DNA of 64,000 nt from a virus (taxonomy: Duplodnaviria > Caudoviricetes). The stretch lies in the IMG/VR virus record IMGVR_UViG_2933953506_000002, positions 1 to 64,000 of that record; one strand, 5' to 3'. The notes under the pieces were generated by a model that was not told where the DNA came from, did no database searches, and worked only from the letters and a program-made list of their open reading frames with translations. The translations under genes and the position numbers were made by a program. This document shows positions 1 through 8,908 of the stretch, in pieces; positions within the stretch are counted from its first letter, which is position 1, and each line of letters starts with the position of its first letter.

Positions 1-423
1 TCAGATGACGTCGGTGACGTCGTAGAAGCTGGCCACGCCGCGCGTGAACCGCTCCGGGGCGAGCTGGAGCCGCGTGTGCCGGACTTCGTCGCGCACGGCC
101 TTCTCGTACGACAGCTCCGCCATGGCGCCCGTCTCGTGGTCGCTGGCCCAGTACCGCAGGACCGACCAGTAGTCGACGCCGTACCGGGTGCGCTGAGTCA
201 CCGGGTCGATGTACTCGACGAACCGGATGATCAGGACCGGCTTACCGTCCGCGCCGTTCACGACGGACTCTCGCTTGCCCTTCCCGCCGAGGATGTTGAA
301 GCGGTAGACGTCGGCCTGTTCGCGGGGGACGTCGGTGGGGGCGCTGGAGTTCAGCACGGTGCGCATCGGCCCGTACTGCGCGGTGAGCTGTTCCATGGGC
401 TTTACGGCCAGGACGGCGTTCAT
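1..423 (-). CDS. Hypothetical protein (MNAVLAVKPME..., 140 aa)
   Basis: ATG at 423 follows the repeated leader and its GAAGGA RBS; C-terminal part of ORF 1..873. Confidence 0.75.
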   Translation of the reverse strand: MNAVLAVKPMEQLTAQYGPMRTVLNSSAPTDVPREQADVYRFNILGGKGKRESVVNGADGKPVLIIRFVEYIDPVTQRTRYGVDYWSVLRYWASDHETGAMAELSYEKAVRDEVRHTRLQLAPERFTRGVASFYDVTDVI

Positions 424-432
424 CGGCGGTGT

Positions 433-495
433 TCCTTCCTTCGGGACGTTGGCGGTGCTCTCCGCCAACGAGGAAGACGGTACAGCAATGAGACT
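433..495 (-). promoter_or_regulatory. Class I leader module, copy 1
   Basis: Minus strand: AGTCTCATTGCTGTAC (495-480), CGTTGGCGG-AGAGCA-CCGCCAACG hairpin (470-447), GTCCCGAAGGAAGGA (447-433). Confidence 0.85.
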
Positions 496-532
496 CTCGT
501 GTGTAGTAGCCCCTACGAATAGGCGCAGTACG

Positions 533-575
533 CCCCCGCGAGTCTCCTTGCTGCTCCATTCGAGACTCGCGGGGG
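533..575. terminator. 14-bp perfect inverted repeat, probable terminator of the upstream minus-strand gene
   Basis: CCCCCGCGAGTCTC (533-546) / GAGACTCGCGGGGG (562-575), just past the stop at 597. Confidence 0.55.
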
Positions 576-596
576 AGCTGCCGAACGCGGGGCCGG

Positions 597-1386
597 TCAG
601 GCTGCGGTGCCGTACCAACCGGGGTCCTCCCGCCGTACGCCCGTCAGGAGGGAAACGACGGGCACCGGCACGGCCGTCGTTGGCACGCTCCCCGTCGGGG
701 CCGGCACAGACCGCGCGGTGACGTCCTGGACGGCGAACAACTCGCCCTGTTCCGGCTCCTCCGGCAGCATCCGGGCCAGGTGCGCGGCGACGCCCTCCTC
801 CACGGCTTCCGTCAGGTCGACGCCACCGACCTCCGCCCACACCTCGGCGGCCACAGTCCCGTGCTGCTCCCACAACGGCCGGGAGCTGTCACGCACCGGG
901 GAGTTCGGCACGCTCCCCCGCAGACCGCGCACCAGGGCGCTCAGGGCGTCCGCACGGAACTCCCGGGTCCGCACGCGCATGGGTGGACGCGTCCTCGTAC
1001 TCCAAGTGCGGCTCAGCGGCCACAGAACGCTTCCACGCCCCGAACACCCGGACCGCGCGGGTGGCGAGACCTTCCACGGCGTCCAACACCCGCGTCAGGG
1101 CCGCCAGGTACCGGGCCAGTGCCCGCGCGCCGCCCTGGACCGTCAGGCGCCGGTCGTCGAGTCCTCCGTACCGCTCATCGGTCCCGCACATCTCCTTGTA
1201 GTACGACCACCGGGGGTTCAGCTTGAAGGGGGTGGACGCCTCCACACCGTGGACGTCGGCCAGGGTCCACGCCACGTCGTGGTGCTGCTTCGCCCTGCGC
1301 TTCGACGCGGCGGGGAACACCAGGTCGACGGTGAACCGCCCGGGGGCCGACTCGTACGGGCGGGGGATCTCTACGTACGCGCTCAC
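597..1386 (-). pseudogene. Hypothetical gene split by a 1-nt frameshift near 981 (or sequencing error)
   Basis: ORF 889..1386 reads ...EYEDAST; removing one C from ACC-C-ATG joins it to ORF 597..980 (MRVRTREFRAD...). Confidence 0.55.
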
Positions 1387-1394
1387 GCGCTGGT

Positions 1395-1427
1395 TCCTTC
1401 CTCGGGGACGGCGGAAGCTCTCCGCCG
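1395..1427 (-). promoter_or_regulatory. Class I leader module, copy 2 (degenerate, no box)
   Basis: Minus strand CGGCGG-AGAGCTT-CCGCCG overlapping GTCCCCGAGGAAGGA; GTG at 1386. Confidence 0.65.
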
Positions 1428-1470
1428 CGGGGAGGCCGGCCGCGGGTCTGCGACCGGCACACTCAGGGGC

Positions 1471-1836
1471 TCAGCCGCAACGCAGCAACCGGGCCAGCCG
1501 GGACCGAAGGGACTGGACACGCCCCCGCCGCTCGTACGCCCGGACCATCGCGGCGACGTCGGCCGGGTCCGGCGAGTTGTGCCAGATCACCTTGATGACC
1601 AGGGCCTGACGCAGCTCCCCCGCCGGGCGGTCCATCAGCAGCACCGCGCCGTACCGGTCGGGCTTCCACAGCAGCCAGACGTGATCCGTCTCGGAGCTGC
1701 GCTCGAACTCCCCGGTGCGCATGGTCGGCGGGAGACCCAAGAGGCGGGCCACCTCGTCGGCGAACGACTCGAACGTGTACGGCGACGGCGCGGCGGCGGG
1801 CAGGTGCGAGTGGAGCCAGGACGGCAGCGGAGACAT
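1471..1836 (-). CDS. Hypothetical protein (MSPLPSWLHS..., 121 aa)
   Basis: GAGG upstream of ATG 1836; globular-looking sequence. Confidence 0.6.
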   Translation of the reverse strand: MSPLPSWLHSHLPAAAPSPYTFESFADEVARLLGLPPTMRTGEFERSSETDHVWLLWKPDRYGAVLLMDRPAGELRQALVIKVIWHNSPDPADVAAMVRAYERRGRVQSLRSRLARLLRCG

Positions 1837-2007
1837 GGGACTTCCTCGGAGCGGCGAACGGACCACGGCGGGCCCGGACGCCCAGACAGCGGGCAACAGG
1901 CAGACAGGCGGGGTTATGGGACTTCTGGGACCGTCCACACGCGCGCGGGCGCGCATGGGCCCGTGGGGCGCCGCCCGACCCCTCCGGCCGGGCGGCGCCG
2001 GGGCGGG

Positions 2008-3138
2008 TCAGGGACGGCGGTCGAGGACGTACTCGACGGGGACGGCGACGCGGATTCGGGAGCCGAACATGCGGCGGGTGTTCTCGGCGGCGTCCTCGCG
2101 GCCGTCCCGCTTGCGGAACTTCAGGACGATCGGCGGGTGCGCGGGGGCGTGCCCGATGGGCGAGTCCAGTCCGGCCGTGATCGTCGCAGTGACGGTCCAT
2201 CCGGTGCCGGAGTCGCTACGGCAGTGCACGCGCACGGTGGGCGTGCCGGTGGCGACGGCGGACAGCTCCTCGGGCGTGGCGTCGACGGCGTTGTACGCCA
2301 GGGCCGCGACGCGGATCTCCTCGGCGGTGCCGGGCATGTCCGTGCCGTGCATGCGGTGCGCGCGGGGGGCGACGGCCAGGATCGCCGCGCGGGCCCGCTC
2401 GACGGCGGTGCGCGCCTGGTCGTGGGCGGCGTTGCGGGCGGTGAGGTTGCGGGCGGTGCGCAGCACTTCCCACGCCTCCTCGACGGCGTTGTGGGACTCG
2501 ACGACTTCGAGGTGGTGCTCCGGGGCCGCGATCTTCCCCAGGGTGAACAGGTGCCGGGCGAGGTTGGCGAGGTCGCGGGGGGCACCACCGAGGGAGGCGT
2601 ACACGGTCGACTCGTACGCGGCCAGGGCGGCGTACAGGGTTGCGGTGTCCGGCGCGGCCGGGGCGGTCTCCTCGGCGGGGGCGGGACGCTCCTCGACGGC
2701 GGCCGGGCGCGGCATGCGCCACAGGCGGATGGAGACCGGCGCGCAGTTCCACAGGCGGCGCGTCTGCTGACGGTGGGAGAGGCGGACGGAGATGGCTTTC
2801 GTCAGGATCGGGTCCCAGCCGCGCGGGTCGTCGTCGCCGCCCTCGGTGATCTCGTCGCGGAGCGCGTGCACCTCGTCGGTGGTCATGTGGTGGAGCTGTT
2901 CGCGGATGGCCCAGTAGCGCTCATCCTCGGTGAAGATGACCCGGACGCGTTCCGATGCCGCCTTCTTCCGGATGATGCGGCGCACCATCTCCTTGTTCGC
3001 CTTGCCCTGCTCCTTGTCGGCGTCGCGGCTCATGACGGCGTCGACAAGGTCGTGGGTGATGACGCGGCCGTTGTGCTCCCTGGCAGCGATGAAGATCTGC
3101 AGCGCCATCCAGTCGGCGCGCTCCATGGCAGTGATCAC
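2008..3138 (-). CDS. Hypothetical protein, 376 aa
   Basis: High-GC3 ORF starting directly after leader copy 3. Confidence 0.75.
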   Translation of the reverse strand: MITAMERADWMALQIFIAAREHNGRVITHDLVDAVMSRDADKEQGKANKEMVRRIIRKKAASERVRVIFTEDERYWAIREQLHHMTTDEVHALRDEITEGGDDDPRGWDPILTKAISVRLSHRQQTRRLWNCAPVSIRLWRMPRPAAVEERPAPAEETAPAAPDTATLYAALAAYESTVYASLGGAPRDLANLARHLFTLGKIAAPEHHLEVVESHNAVEEAWEVLRTARNLTARNAAHDQARTAVERARAAILAVAPRAHRMHGTDMPGTAEEIRVAALAYNAVDATPEELSAVATGTPTVRVHCRSDSGTGWTVTATITAGLDSPIGHAPAHPPIVLKFRKRDGREDAAENTRRMFGSRIRVAVPVEYVLDRRP

Positions 3139-3145
3139 CGGGTGT

Positions 3146-3181
3146 TCCTTCGTTCGGGACGTCCCGGTTGCTCTCCGGGAC
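3146..3181 (-). promoter_or_regulatory. Class I leader module, copy 3
   Basis: Minus strand GTCCCGG-AGAGCAA-CCGGGAC then GTCCCGAACGAAGGA. Confidence 0.85.
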
Positions 3182-3253
3182 TGGGGTGGGGCGGTGCGCC
3201 CTGCGCCCGTTCCGGCGTGTGCCGGCCTCGAGGGCGGGGCGGACCGCCCCCCC

Positions 3254-3286
<33 letters not shown>

Positions 3287-3315
3287 CGGGCGCGGGGGCG
3301 GGGGGGGGGGGCGCC

Positions 3316-3350
<35 letters not shown>

Positions 3351-3383
3351 CCGGGGGAATGGCGGGCGGTGCGGGTCGGTGGG

Positions 3384-3755
3384 TCAGTCGTCCAGTCCGA
3401 GGCAGGCGCGCATCATGTCCTCGAACGTGCTGGGCACGGGGGAAATGAGCCGACGGGCCTTGAGGGCGGCGTCACCGGCGCTCACGGCGTGCACCTCGAC
3501 GTAGACCAGCTCGGGGGACTCGATGCACACCGCCTCGATGCCGAGGCGCTGGAGGCCCTGTTCCACGTCGTTGTCGGCGGCCCGCTCGACGGACAGGACG
3601 TCGATGCCGTCAGGGGTCTGGGGAGTCCACCGGCCCGTGGTGTCGGCGACGACGAAGAACGGGGCGGTGAACTTGCGGAGTTCTACGCGGTAGGCGGGGG
3701 CGCGGTCCATGTCTTCCGGGAGGGGTGCGGGGGTCTTGTCGAGGGACACGGGCAT
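3384..3755 (-). CDS. Hypothetical protein (MPVSLDKTPAP..., 123 aa)
   Basis: ATG 3755 follows leader copy 4. Confidence 0.7.
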   Translation of the reverse strand: MPVSLDKTPAPLPEDMDRAPAYRVELRKFTAPFFVVADTTGRWTPQTPDGIDVLSVERAADNDVEQGLQRLGIEAVCIESPELVYVEVHAVSAGDAALKARRLISPVPSTFEDMMRACLGLDD

Positions 3756-3762
3756 GGTGACT

Positions 3763-3839
3763 TCCTTCGTTCGGGACTGCCCCGGTTGCTCTCCGGGGCG
3801 CGGTGTGAACCACTGAGAGAACAGTACAGCAATACGACT
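3763..3839 (-). promoter_or_regulatory. Class I leader module, copy 4
   Basis: Minus strand box AGTCGTATTGCTGTAC (3839-3824), GCCCCGG-AGAGCAA-CCGGGGC, GTCCCGAACGAAGGA (3777-3763). Confidence 0.85.
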
Positions 3840-3907
3840 CGCGGGCAACAGGAACCCCGCAAGAATCCGTAAACATGCAGGTGGAGGCGCGCGCCCGTTC
3901 TCCGGTT

Positions 3908-4007
3908 AGTCTCATGGCTGTACTTTTTCGTGTCGGCTGTGTACGTTCTGGAGCCCCGCCACCCGGCGGCCCGGGGTCGAGCAACCCCGGGAGTCCCGAA
4001 CGAAGGA
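3908..4007 (+). promoter_or_regulatory. Class I leader module, copy 5 (divergent from copy 4)
   Basis: AGTCTCATGGCTGTAC (3908-3923), CCCGGGGT-CGAGCA-ACCCCGGG (3970-3991), GTCCCGAACGAAGGA (3993-4007). Confidence 0.85.
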
Positions 4008-4015
4008 TCACCAGC

Positions 4016-4528
4016 ATGCGCATGCCGCGCCTTCTCGCCCGTCGCCCCCGTCCCGCCGCGCTCCTGGCCGCTGGAGCCGCCGTGATCGCCCTCGGCACCC
4101 TGGGCACCCTCGGCGCCTCCGACGCCACCCCGGCCGACTTCGCGACCGCCCCCACTGCCACGCAGGCGGACGTGGTGGAGGCGTACAACGACGGCTGGAC
4201 CGACGGGCGCGCGGACCTGATGGGCGACGACAACCGGGACGGCTACGTCGACGAGGATGAGTCCGGTTGGGACTGCGCCACGATGGGCAACCGCCAGTGC
4301 GGCCCCGGGGTTCAGCCGCAGTGCAAGGGGGAGGACGAGTACGCCGACCTGTGCGCGACGGTAGCCGGGCGCCCGGCGTACGCCTGGACGGACGCCGATG
4401 GCACCCCGCACACCGTGGCGGCCGGGCGGAAGCTCCTCGCCCGGGTCGACGCCGTCCCGGGCACCGAGGAGTTCGCCGCCGCACTGTTCGCCCTGGACAC
4501 CCTGTGGGCGCAGCACAACGAGGACTGA
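4016..4528 (+). CDS. Secreted or membrane-anchored protein with acidic DDNRDGYVDEDE loop and Cys residues
   Basis: Basic N-terminus plus hydrophobic stretch; GDDNRDGYVDEDESGWDCATMGNRQCG. Confidence 0.75.
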   Translation: MRMPRLLARRPRPAALLAAGAAVIALGTLGTLGASDATPADFATAPTATQADVVEAYNDGWTDGRADLMGDDNRDGYVDEDESGWDCATMGNRQCGPGVQPQCKGEDEYADLCATVAGRPAYAWTDADGTPHTVAAGRKLLARVDAVPGTEEFAAALFALDTLWAQHNED

Positions 4529-4544
4529 CCGCCCGTTGACCCCA

Positions 4545-4573
4545 GCCGGGGGCGCACTGCTCGCGCCCCCGGC
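4545..4573 (+). repeat. Intergenic hairpin, 11-bp stem, ACTGCTC loop (copy A)
   Basis: GCCGGGGGCGC-ACTGCTC-GCGCCCCCGGC. Confidence 0.8.
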
Positions 4574-4596
4574 CTGGCCCCGGACAGGAGACCGCA

Positions 4597-4821
4597 GTGA
4601 CCGCCACCAAGCTCCCCGGGCGCAACTGGCTGCGCATGGTGCCCGCCGACTTCGACCGCGACGCCCCGGACGCCCCGGACGCTGCGGACCGCCCCGTCCC
4701 CGCCATCCCTGACGAGTGCGGCACCGTCCCGCTGTTCGGGGAGGAGTCGGCGGCCGCGCGCACCCCCGACGCCCGTATGCCGGCCGCGACGTTCCCCGAG
4801 CAAGCTGACACGCTGTTCTAG
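4597..4821 (+). CDS. Small hypothetical protein, 74 aa
   Basis: AGGAG RBS at 4586-4590, GTG start. Confidence 0.6.
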   Translation: MTATKLPGRNWLRMVPADFDRDAPDAPDAADRPVPAIPDECGTVPLFGEESAAARTPDARMPAATFPEQADTLF

Positions 4822-4931
4822 GCCACGATGACAGTGCAGCCGTGAGACTTCCGGCGCACGCCGTGAACCGCGGCGCTCCCCGTTCCACCTGCGAAATCTT
4901 CGATTCTTCCCGGGATCTTGCGGCGCCCAAG

Positions 4932-4995
4932 AGTCTCATTGCTGTACTATCAAGGGGTTGGCGGAGAGCACCGCCAACAAGTCCCGAACGAAGGA
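4932..4995 (+). promoter_or_regulatory. Class I leader module, copy 6
   Basis: AGTCTCATTGCTGTAC running into TACTAT, GTTGGCGG-AGAGCA-CCGCCAAC (4957-4978), GTCCCGAACGAAGGA (4981-4995); inverted box at 4834-4849. Confidence 0.9.
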
Positions 4996-5002
4996 TCACC
5001 CC

Positions 5003-5386
5003 ATGGCTTCTGTCGCCGCCCGCCGCGCACTCCGCGACCGCGTCCGCGCCCACCGCGCCGCCTCCGCCGCCCGTCGCGAAGTTGCCCGCGCCGCCCGCCG
5101 CGTCCGCCACACCGCCCGCTCCCTGGCCACGCACGTCATCGCCACCGGCGCCGACCGCGCGACCGTCAAGGGCGTCGTCAAGGCCCTCCAGGGCGTTGCC
5201 AAGACCGCCCGCACCAACGGCCTCAAGGGCAAGCGGGCCCGCATCCGCCGCACCGCCCAGGGCTTCAAGCGCCACGCCGTCACCGCCTACCGGTACACCC
5301 GCACCCAGGTCGCCCAGATCGCCGCGCAGTACAAGCCGCGCAAGGCCGAGTACAAGGCCGTCCGCGCCGCACTGATCGCCGCCTGA
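5003..5386 (+). CDS. Very basic Arg/Ala/Lys-rich protein, possibly nucleic-acid binding (127 aa)
   Basis: MASVAARRALRDRVRAH...; very strong GC3 codon bias; follows leader copy 6. Confidence 0.8.
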   Translation: MASVAARRALRDRVRAHRAASAARREVARAARRVRHTARSLATHVIATGADRATVKGVVKALQGVAKTARTNGLKGKRARIRRTAQGFKRHAVTAYRYTRTQVAQIAAQYKPRKAEYKAVRAALIAA

Positions 5387-5400
5387 CCGGCCGCCGGACC

Positions 5401-5434
5401 GCCGGGGCGCGGCCCTCCCCCGCCGCGCCCCGGC
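5401..5434 (+). terminator. 13-bp stem hairpin after 5003..5386
   Basis: GCCGGGGCGCGGC-N8-GCCGCGCCCCGGC. Confidence 0.5.
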
Positions 5435-5474
5435 ACCCCACCACACCCTTCACACCCCGTAGACGGAGACACCC

Positions 5475-6263
5475 ATGTCCTACGCCGCTTCCTCCGCCCA
5501 CCGCGCCGCCACGATCGCCACCATCGCCCGGACCCGCGCCGCATCCCCCGCGCCCATCCCGAACGCTGAGGGCCGCGCCGCGCTCACGAGGATCGCTGAC
5601 CTCCTGGACGCCGCCGCGGACGCCTTCCGGTCCTCCACTCCCGCCGTGATCGACGGCATCACCATGAACGAGATCCCGGCCGACGCCTGGTTCGCCCTCA
5701 CGGACGCTGAGAACATCGCGGCCAACACCCCCGCCGCCGGATTCCCGGTCACCCTTGGCCAGTACGTCACGCGCCGCCAGAACATCGACCTTCCCCCGTC
5801 GCTTCTCCCCGGCGGGCCCGTGCTGATCGCCAAGGAAGGCGACCTGTTCGCTCGGCTCCTCGCCCTCCACGGCCACCACCTGACCGCGACGACCACCACG
5901 GAGGAGAGCACCGCCGCCGCGCTGGAAGCCGCGTTCACCCTGCACTGGAAGCACGCCCGCCTCGCCGAGTCGGAAGCCCTCAAGACCGACCGCCCGGCCA
6001 ACCGGCCCGCCGTCCCGGCCGCCGTCGAGATCCCGACCCCGGGCACCACCATGGCGCTGCGCCGCGCTCACGAGGCGTACGGCCCGACCGTGACGTACGA
6101 GACCCACCGGCGCCTGCCGTGCCACGTCAGCGACCAGGGCGCCACGCACACCGCCGTCCGCATGGTCTCCCACTACGGCGCCACCATCGCCACCTGCGAC
6201 GACGACAGCCACCGCAACGCCGCCGCCGTCGCCGCGCGGGAGCTGTACGACTCCCTCGGCTGA
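5475..6263 (+). CDS. Hypothetical protein, 262 aa
   Basis: GGAG RBS, high-GC3 ORF. Confidence 0.75.
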   Translation: MSYAASSAHRAATIATIARTRAASPAPIPNAEGRAALTRIADLLDAAADAFRSSTPAVIDGITMNEIPADAWFALTDAENIAANTPAAGFPVTLGQYVTRRQNIDLPPSLLPGGPVLIAKEGDLFARLLALHGHHLTATTTTEESTAAALEAAFTLHWKHARLAESEALKTDRPANRPAVPAAVEIPTPGTTMALRRAHEAYGPTVTYETHRRLPCHVSDQGATHTAVRMVSHYGATIATCDDDSHRNAAAVAARELYDSLG

Positions 6264-6404
6264 CCAGCTCGCCGGGCGGGACGCGACACAAGCCGCTCCC
6301 GCCCGGCCCACTGGCCAACGGCCACACCGCCCGCCGCGCCCCGGGGCCGGACGTACGAGCCGCCCCCGGGCGCGACGCAAGCACCACCCGCATGACCACA
6401 TCAC

Positions 6405-6445
6405 CCGGCCGGAGAGCACCGCGCCGGAACGTCCCGAACGAAGGA
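6405..6445 (+). promoter_or_regulatory. Class I leader module, copy 7 (no box)
   Basis: CCGGCCGG-AGAGCA-CCGCGCCGG then GTCCCGAACGAAGGA (6431-6445). Confidence 0.85.
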
Positions 6446-6453
6446 ACACCGCA

Positions 6454-7284
6454 GTGACCGTGTCCGCCATCACCCCCGCCGAGTTCGCCGCGCCGCTCGC
6501 CGAGCTCCTGCCCGCCCGACAGGGCGCCCGCTGGATCGTCGGCCACGCCCCGTACAGCATCCGCAACAACGTCCCCACATCCCGGCTCACGAACGGCCGT
6601 CACGCCCTGATCGTGGCCGAGGAAGCGGGCCGCATCGAGGTCTTCGCCGACCGGCCCGGCATGTTCCCCGTCCACCCCGACGTGGTGGTCGACGCGACCG
6701 ACCCGGGCGCCATCGTGACGCTCGCCTCCCGCATGATGCTGTCCGTCCTCCCCGACCTCGACCACGACCAGGCGCACGAGACCGGCCGCACCAAGGGATG
6801 GGACCAGGTCCTCACCGACCGATGGGCGGAGCTGTCGGAAGTCGGGTACGCGCTGCTCGACCTCGGCGCAATCGTCACCACCGCCACGGGCGTGAACGGC
6901 CCCGGCCTGACGTGGAAGTCCGCCATGGGCGGGACGTGGGAGCTGTGGGCGTACGGCCAGGACCGGACCATCACCCTGACCTACGACGGGCCCGTGAGCG
7001 GCCTGTACGCCTTCCTGTCGATCGTCGGGACCCCGTACGGCGGACGCGACGAGGAGCGCGCCGGAAGCGCCTTCACGCGGCTCCTGACGGACCGCTTCAC
7101 CTGGCTCAGTCCGGTCGACGACCACGAGGTTCAGTTCGGCGCCCGCCGTTTCCCCTCCGGCTTCGTCGCACTCCCGTCGACGGACGAGCCCGCCGACCAC
7201 GCCGACGACACCCGGCGCGTGGTCGCCCAGGTCGGTGCCCTCGGTGTCGACCTGCTGCTCGCCACCACCACGCACCTGATCTGA
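6454..7284 (+). CDS. Hypothetical protein, paralog of the next gene
   Basis: 276 aa; follows leader copy 7. Confidence 0.8.
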   Translation: MTVSAITPAEFAAPLAELLPARQGARWIVGHAPYSIRNNVPTSRLTNGRHALIVAEEAGRIEVFADRPGMFPVHPDVVVDATDPGAIVTLASRMMLSVLPDLDHDQAHETGRTKGWDQVLTDRWAELSEVGYALLDLGAIVTTATGVNGPGLTWKSAMGGTWELWAYGQDRTITLTYDGPVSGLYAFLSIVGTPYGGRDEERAGSAFTRLLTDRFTWLSPVDDHEVQFGARRFPSGFVALPSTDEPADHADDTRRVVAQVGALGVDLLLATTTHLI

Positions 7285-7294
7285 CCCGCCGCCC

Positions 7295-7327
7295 GGCCGC
7301 GCCCCGGACTGCTCCCGGGGCGCGGCC
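7295..7327 (+). repeat. Intergenic hairpin, 13-bp stem, ACTGCTC loop (copy B)
   Basis: GGCCGCGCCCCGG-ACTGCTC-CCGGGGCGCGGCC. Confidence 0.85.
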
Positions 7328-7346
7328 CCCTCGAAAGGCCCTCGCC

Positions 7347-8210
7347 ATGACCCCGACCGCCATCGCCCCCGCCCGCCCCGTCTGCCCCGCCCAGACTCTC
7401 GCCGGACGCGTCGCCGCGCTCCTCCCGGAGCGCGCTGGCGTTCCGTGGACCGTCGAGCCGCACACCGCGTGGTGGACCGTCCGGTACCCCGCCGCCCGGC
7501 TGGTGCAGGGTGGCCGCGCCCTGGTCCTGGTCGCCCGCACCTGGGACACGCAGATTGGTTGGCAGCTCCCTGACCGCGAGCCGACCCGCCCCGACCTCCA
7601 CCTCGAGAGCATGAGCCCGGCCGTCATCGCGCGTGACGTGCTGCGCCTGGTCCTGCCCGTCCTCGACGACGAGGCCGCCGGGCGCGCCGCGAAGGACGGC
7701 CCGCGCGTGATGGGGCGGCTGGAGCTGCTGAACGAGATCGGGCACGCGATGCGCATGCAGGGCGCGGCGACGTACAACCGGATCGGTCTCCTGCCGAACA
7801 CGTCCACCCTCGCTTGGGCCGCGCCGTCCGGCGCCCGGTACTCCGTCACCCTGCATGGCACGAACCCCGTGGCCGACGTCCAGATACAGGGCCCGGTGCG
7901 CGCCGTCGAGAAGGCCGTGACCTGCTTCCTGCCCCCGGCCGCCGACGGGCGCCCTCAGATCCCCCGCGTCCGCGGCCGTCTGCAGCGCCGCCTGGCCGCC
8001 GTCCTCGCCCGGCACGGGCACGTCGAGCAGACCGACCAGGGCGGACTCGCGTTCAGCACCGGCCCCGGCCCCGGCCCCGGCCCGTACGGGTACGCCACCC
8101 CGGCCCTCGACCCCGTGGCCCGCGCACACGACACGACCCCGGCGTCCATCGACCTCCACGGCATCGGCGCGGACTTCCTGATCTCCCTCGCCCCGCAGCT
8201 CTGCCGCTGA
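7347..8210 (+). CDS. Hypothetical protein (MTPTAIAPARP...), paralog of the previous gene
   Basis: GAAAGG RBS; AALLPERAGVPWTV...RLVQGGRALVL aligns with AELLPARQGARWIV...RLTNGRHALIV. Confidence 0.8.
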   Translation: MTPTAIAPARPVCPAQTLAGRVAALLPERAGVPWTVEPHTAWWTVRYPAARLVQGGRALVLVARTWDTQIGWQLPDREPTRPDLHLESMSPAVIARDVLRLVLPVLDDEAAGRAAKDGPRVMGRLELLNEIGHAMRMQGAATYNRIGLLPNTSTLAWAAPSGARYSVTLHGTNPVADVQIQGPVRAVEKAVTCFLPPAADGRPQIPRVRGRLQRRLAAVLARHGHVEQTDQGGLAFSTGPGPGPGPYGYATPALDPVARAHDTTPASIDLHGIGADFLISLAPQLCR

Positions 8211-8273
8211 CCCACCCCGGCGCCCCGAGGCCGGCCGGGGGGCGCACCCCACCTCTGGAAGGACACACCACCC

Positions 8274-8804
8274 GTGAGCACTGCCCCCCTGACCCCGATC
8301 TCCGCCCTGGACGACGCCATAGCGAAGGCGTGCGCCGCGGCGAAAGCGATGCTGCCGCTCATCGGCACGACCCTGCACGCCCAGTTCCCGACCGGCGCGT
8401 ACCTCGTGCTGACCCGGCCGGTCGACTACGACACCGACTACGACTCGGTGCGCCTGGACTCCGTCCGTGACATCGAGGGCAACACCGTGCACGAGTTCGA
8501 CGAGTGGGCGAAGGACGCCCCGGAACTCCCCGCGGTGCCCGACGAAATCACCGCCCTGTGGGGCACCGCCGACCCGCGCAACCCGAGCGAGGTCCTGAAC
8601 CTGATCCAACGCGTCGACGAGGTCGAGCCGTACCAGTTCCTCGCGTTCCTGCCCGAGGAGCTGCGCACGGACGAGGAGATCGAGGCGGAGGACTCGGGCG
8701 GCCGTACGCCGCTGGGCATCCCGCTCGCCCCGGCCGTCTGCGTGCTGCACGGCGAGGAGTGCCCGGTGTTTGGCCACGCCGAGCCGCCCGTGCCCGTCGA
8801 CTGA
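8274..8804 (+). CDS. Acidic hypothetical protein, 176 aa
   Basis: GAAGGA upstream, GTG start, high GC3. Confidence 0.75.
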   Translation: MSTAPLTPISALDDAIAKACAAAKAMLPLIGTTLHAQFPTGAYLVLTRPVDYDTDYDSVRLDSVRDIEGNTVHEFDEWAKDAPELPAVPDEITALWGTADPRNPSEVLNLIQRVDEVEPYQFLAFLPEELRTDEEIEAEDSGGRTPLGIPLAPAVCVLHGEECPVFGHAEPPVPVD

Positions 8805-8857
8805 CCGGCCGTCCCGAGGCGCCGGTGTCACAGACCGGCGTCCCTGCCCGTTCCCTT

Positions 8858-8886
8858 CCGCGCCCGGCACTGCTCGCCGGGCGCGG
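8858..8886 (+). repeat. Intergenic hairpin, 11-bp stem, ACTGCTC loop (copy C)
   Basis: CCGCGCCCGGC-ACTGCTC-GCCGGGCGCGG. Confidence 0.8.
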
Positions 8887-8908
8887 CCCAACCCACTGGA
8901 GAGACCAC

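Noticed and set aside
8061-8083. (GGCCCC)n microsatellite
   Set aside because: In-frame Gly-Pro linker with a 6-bp unit, so no phase variation
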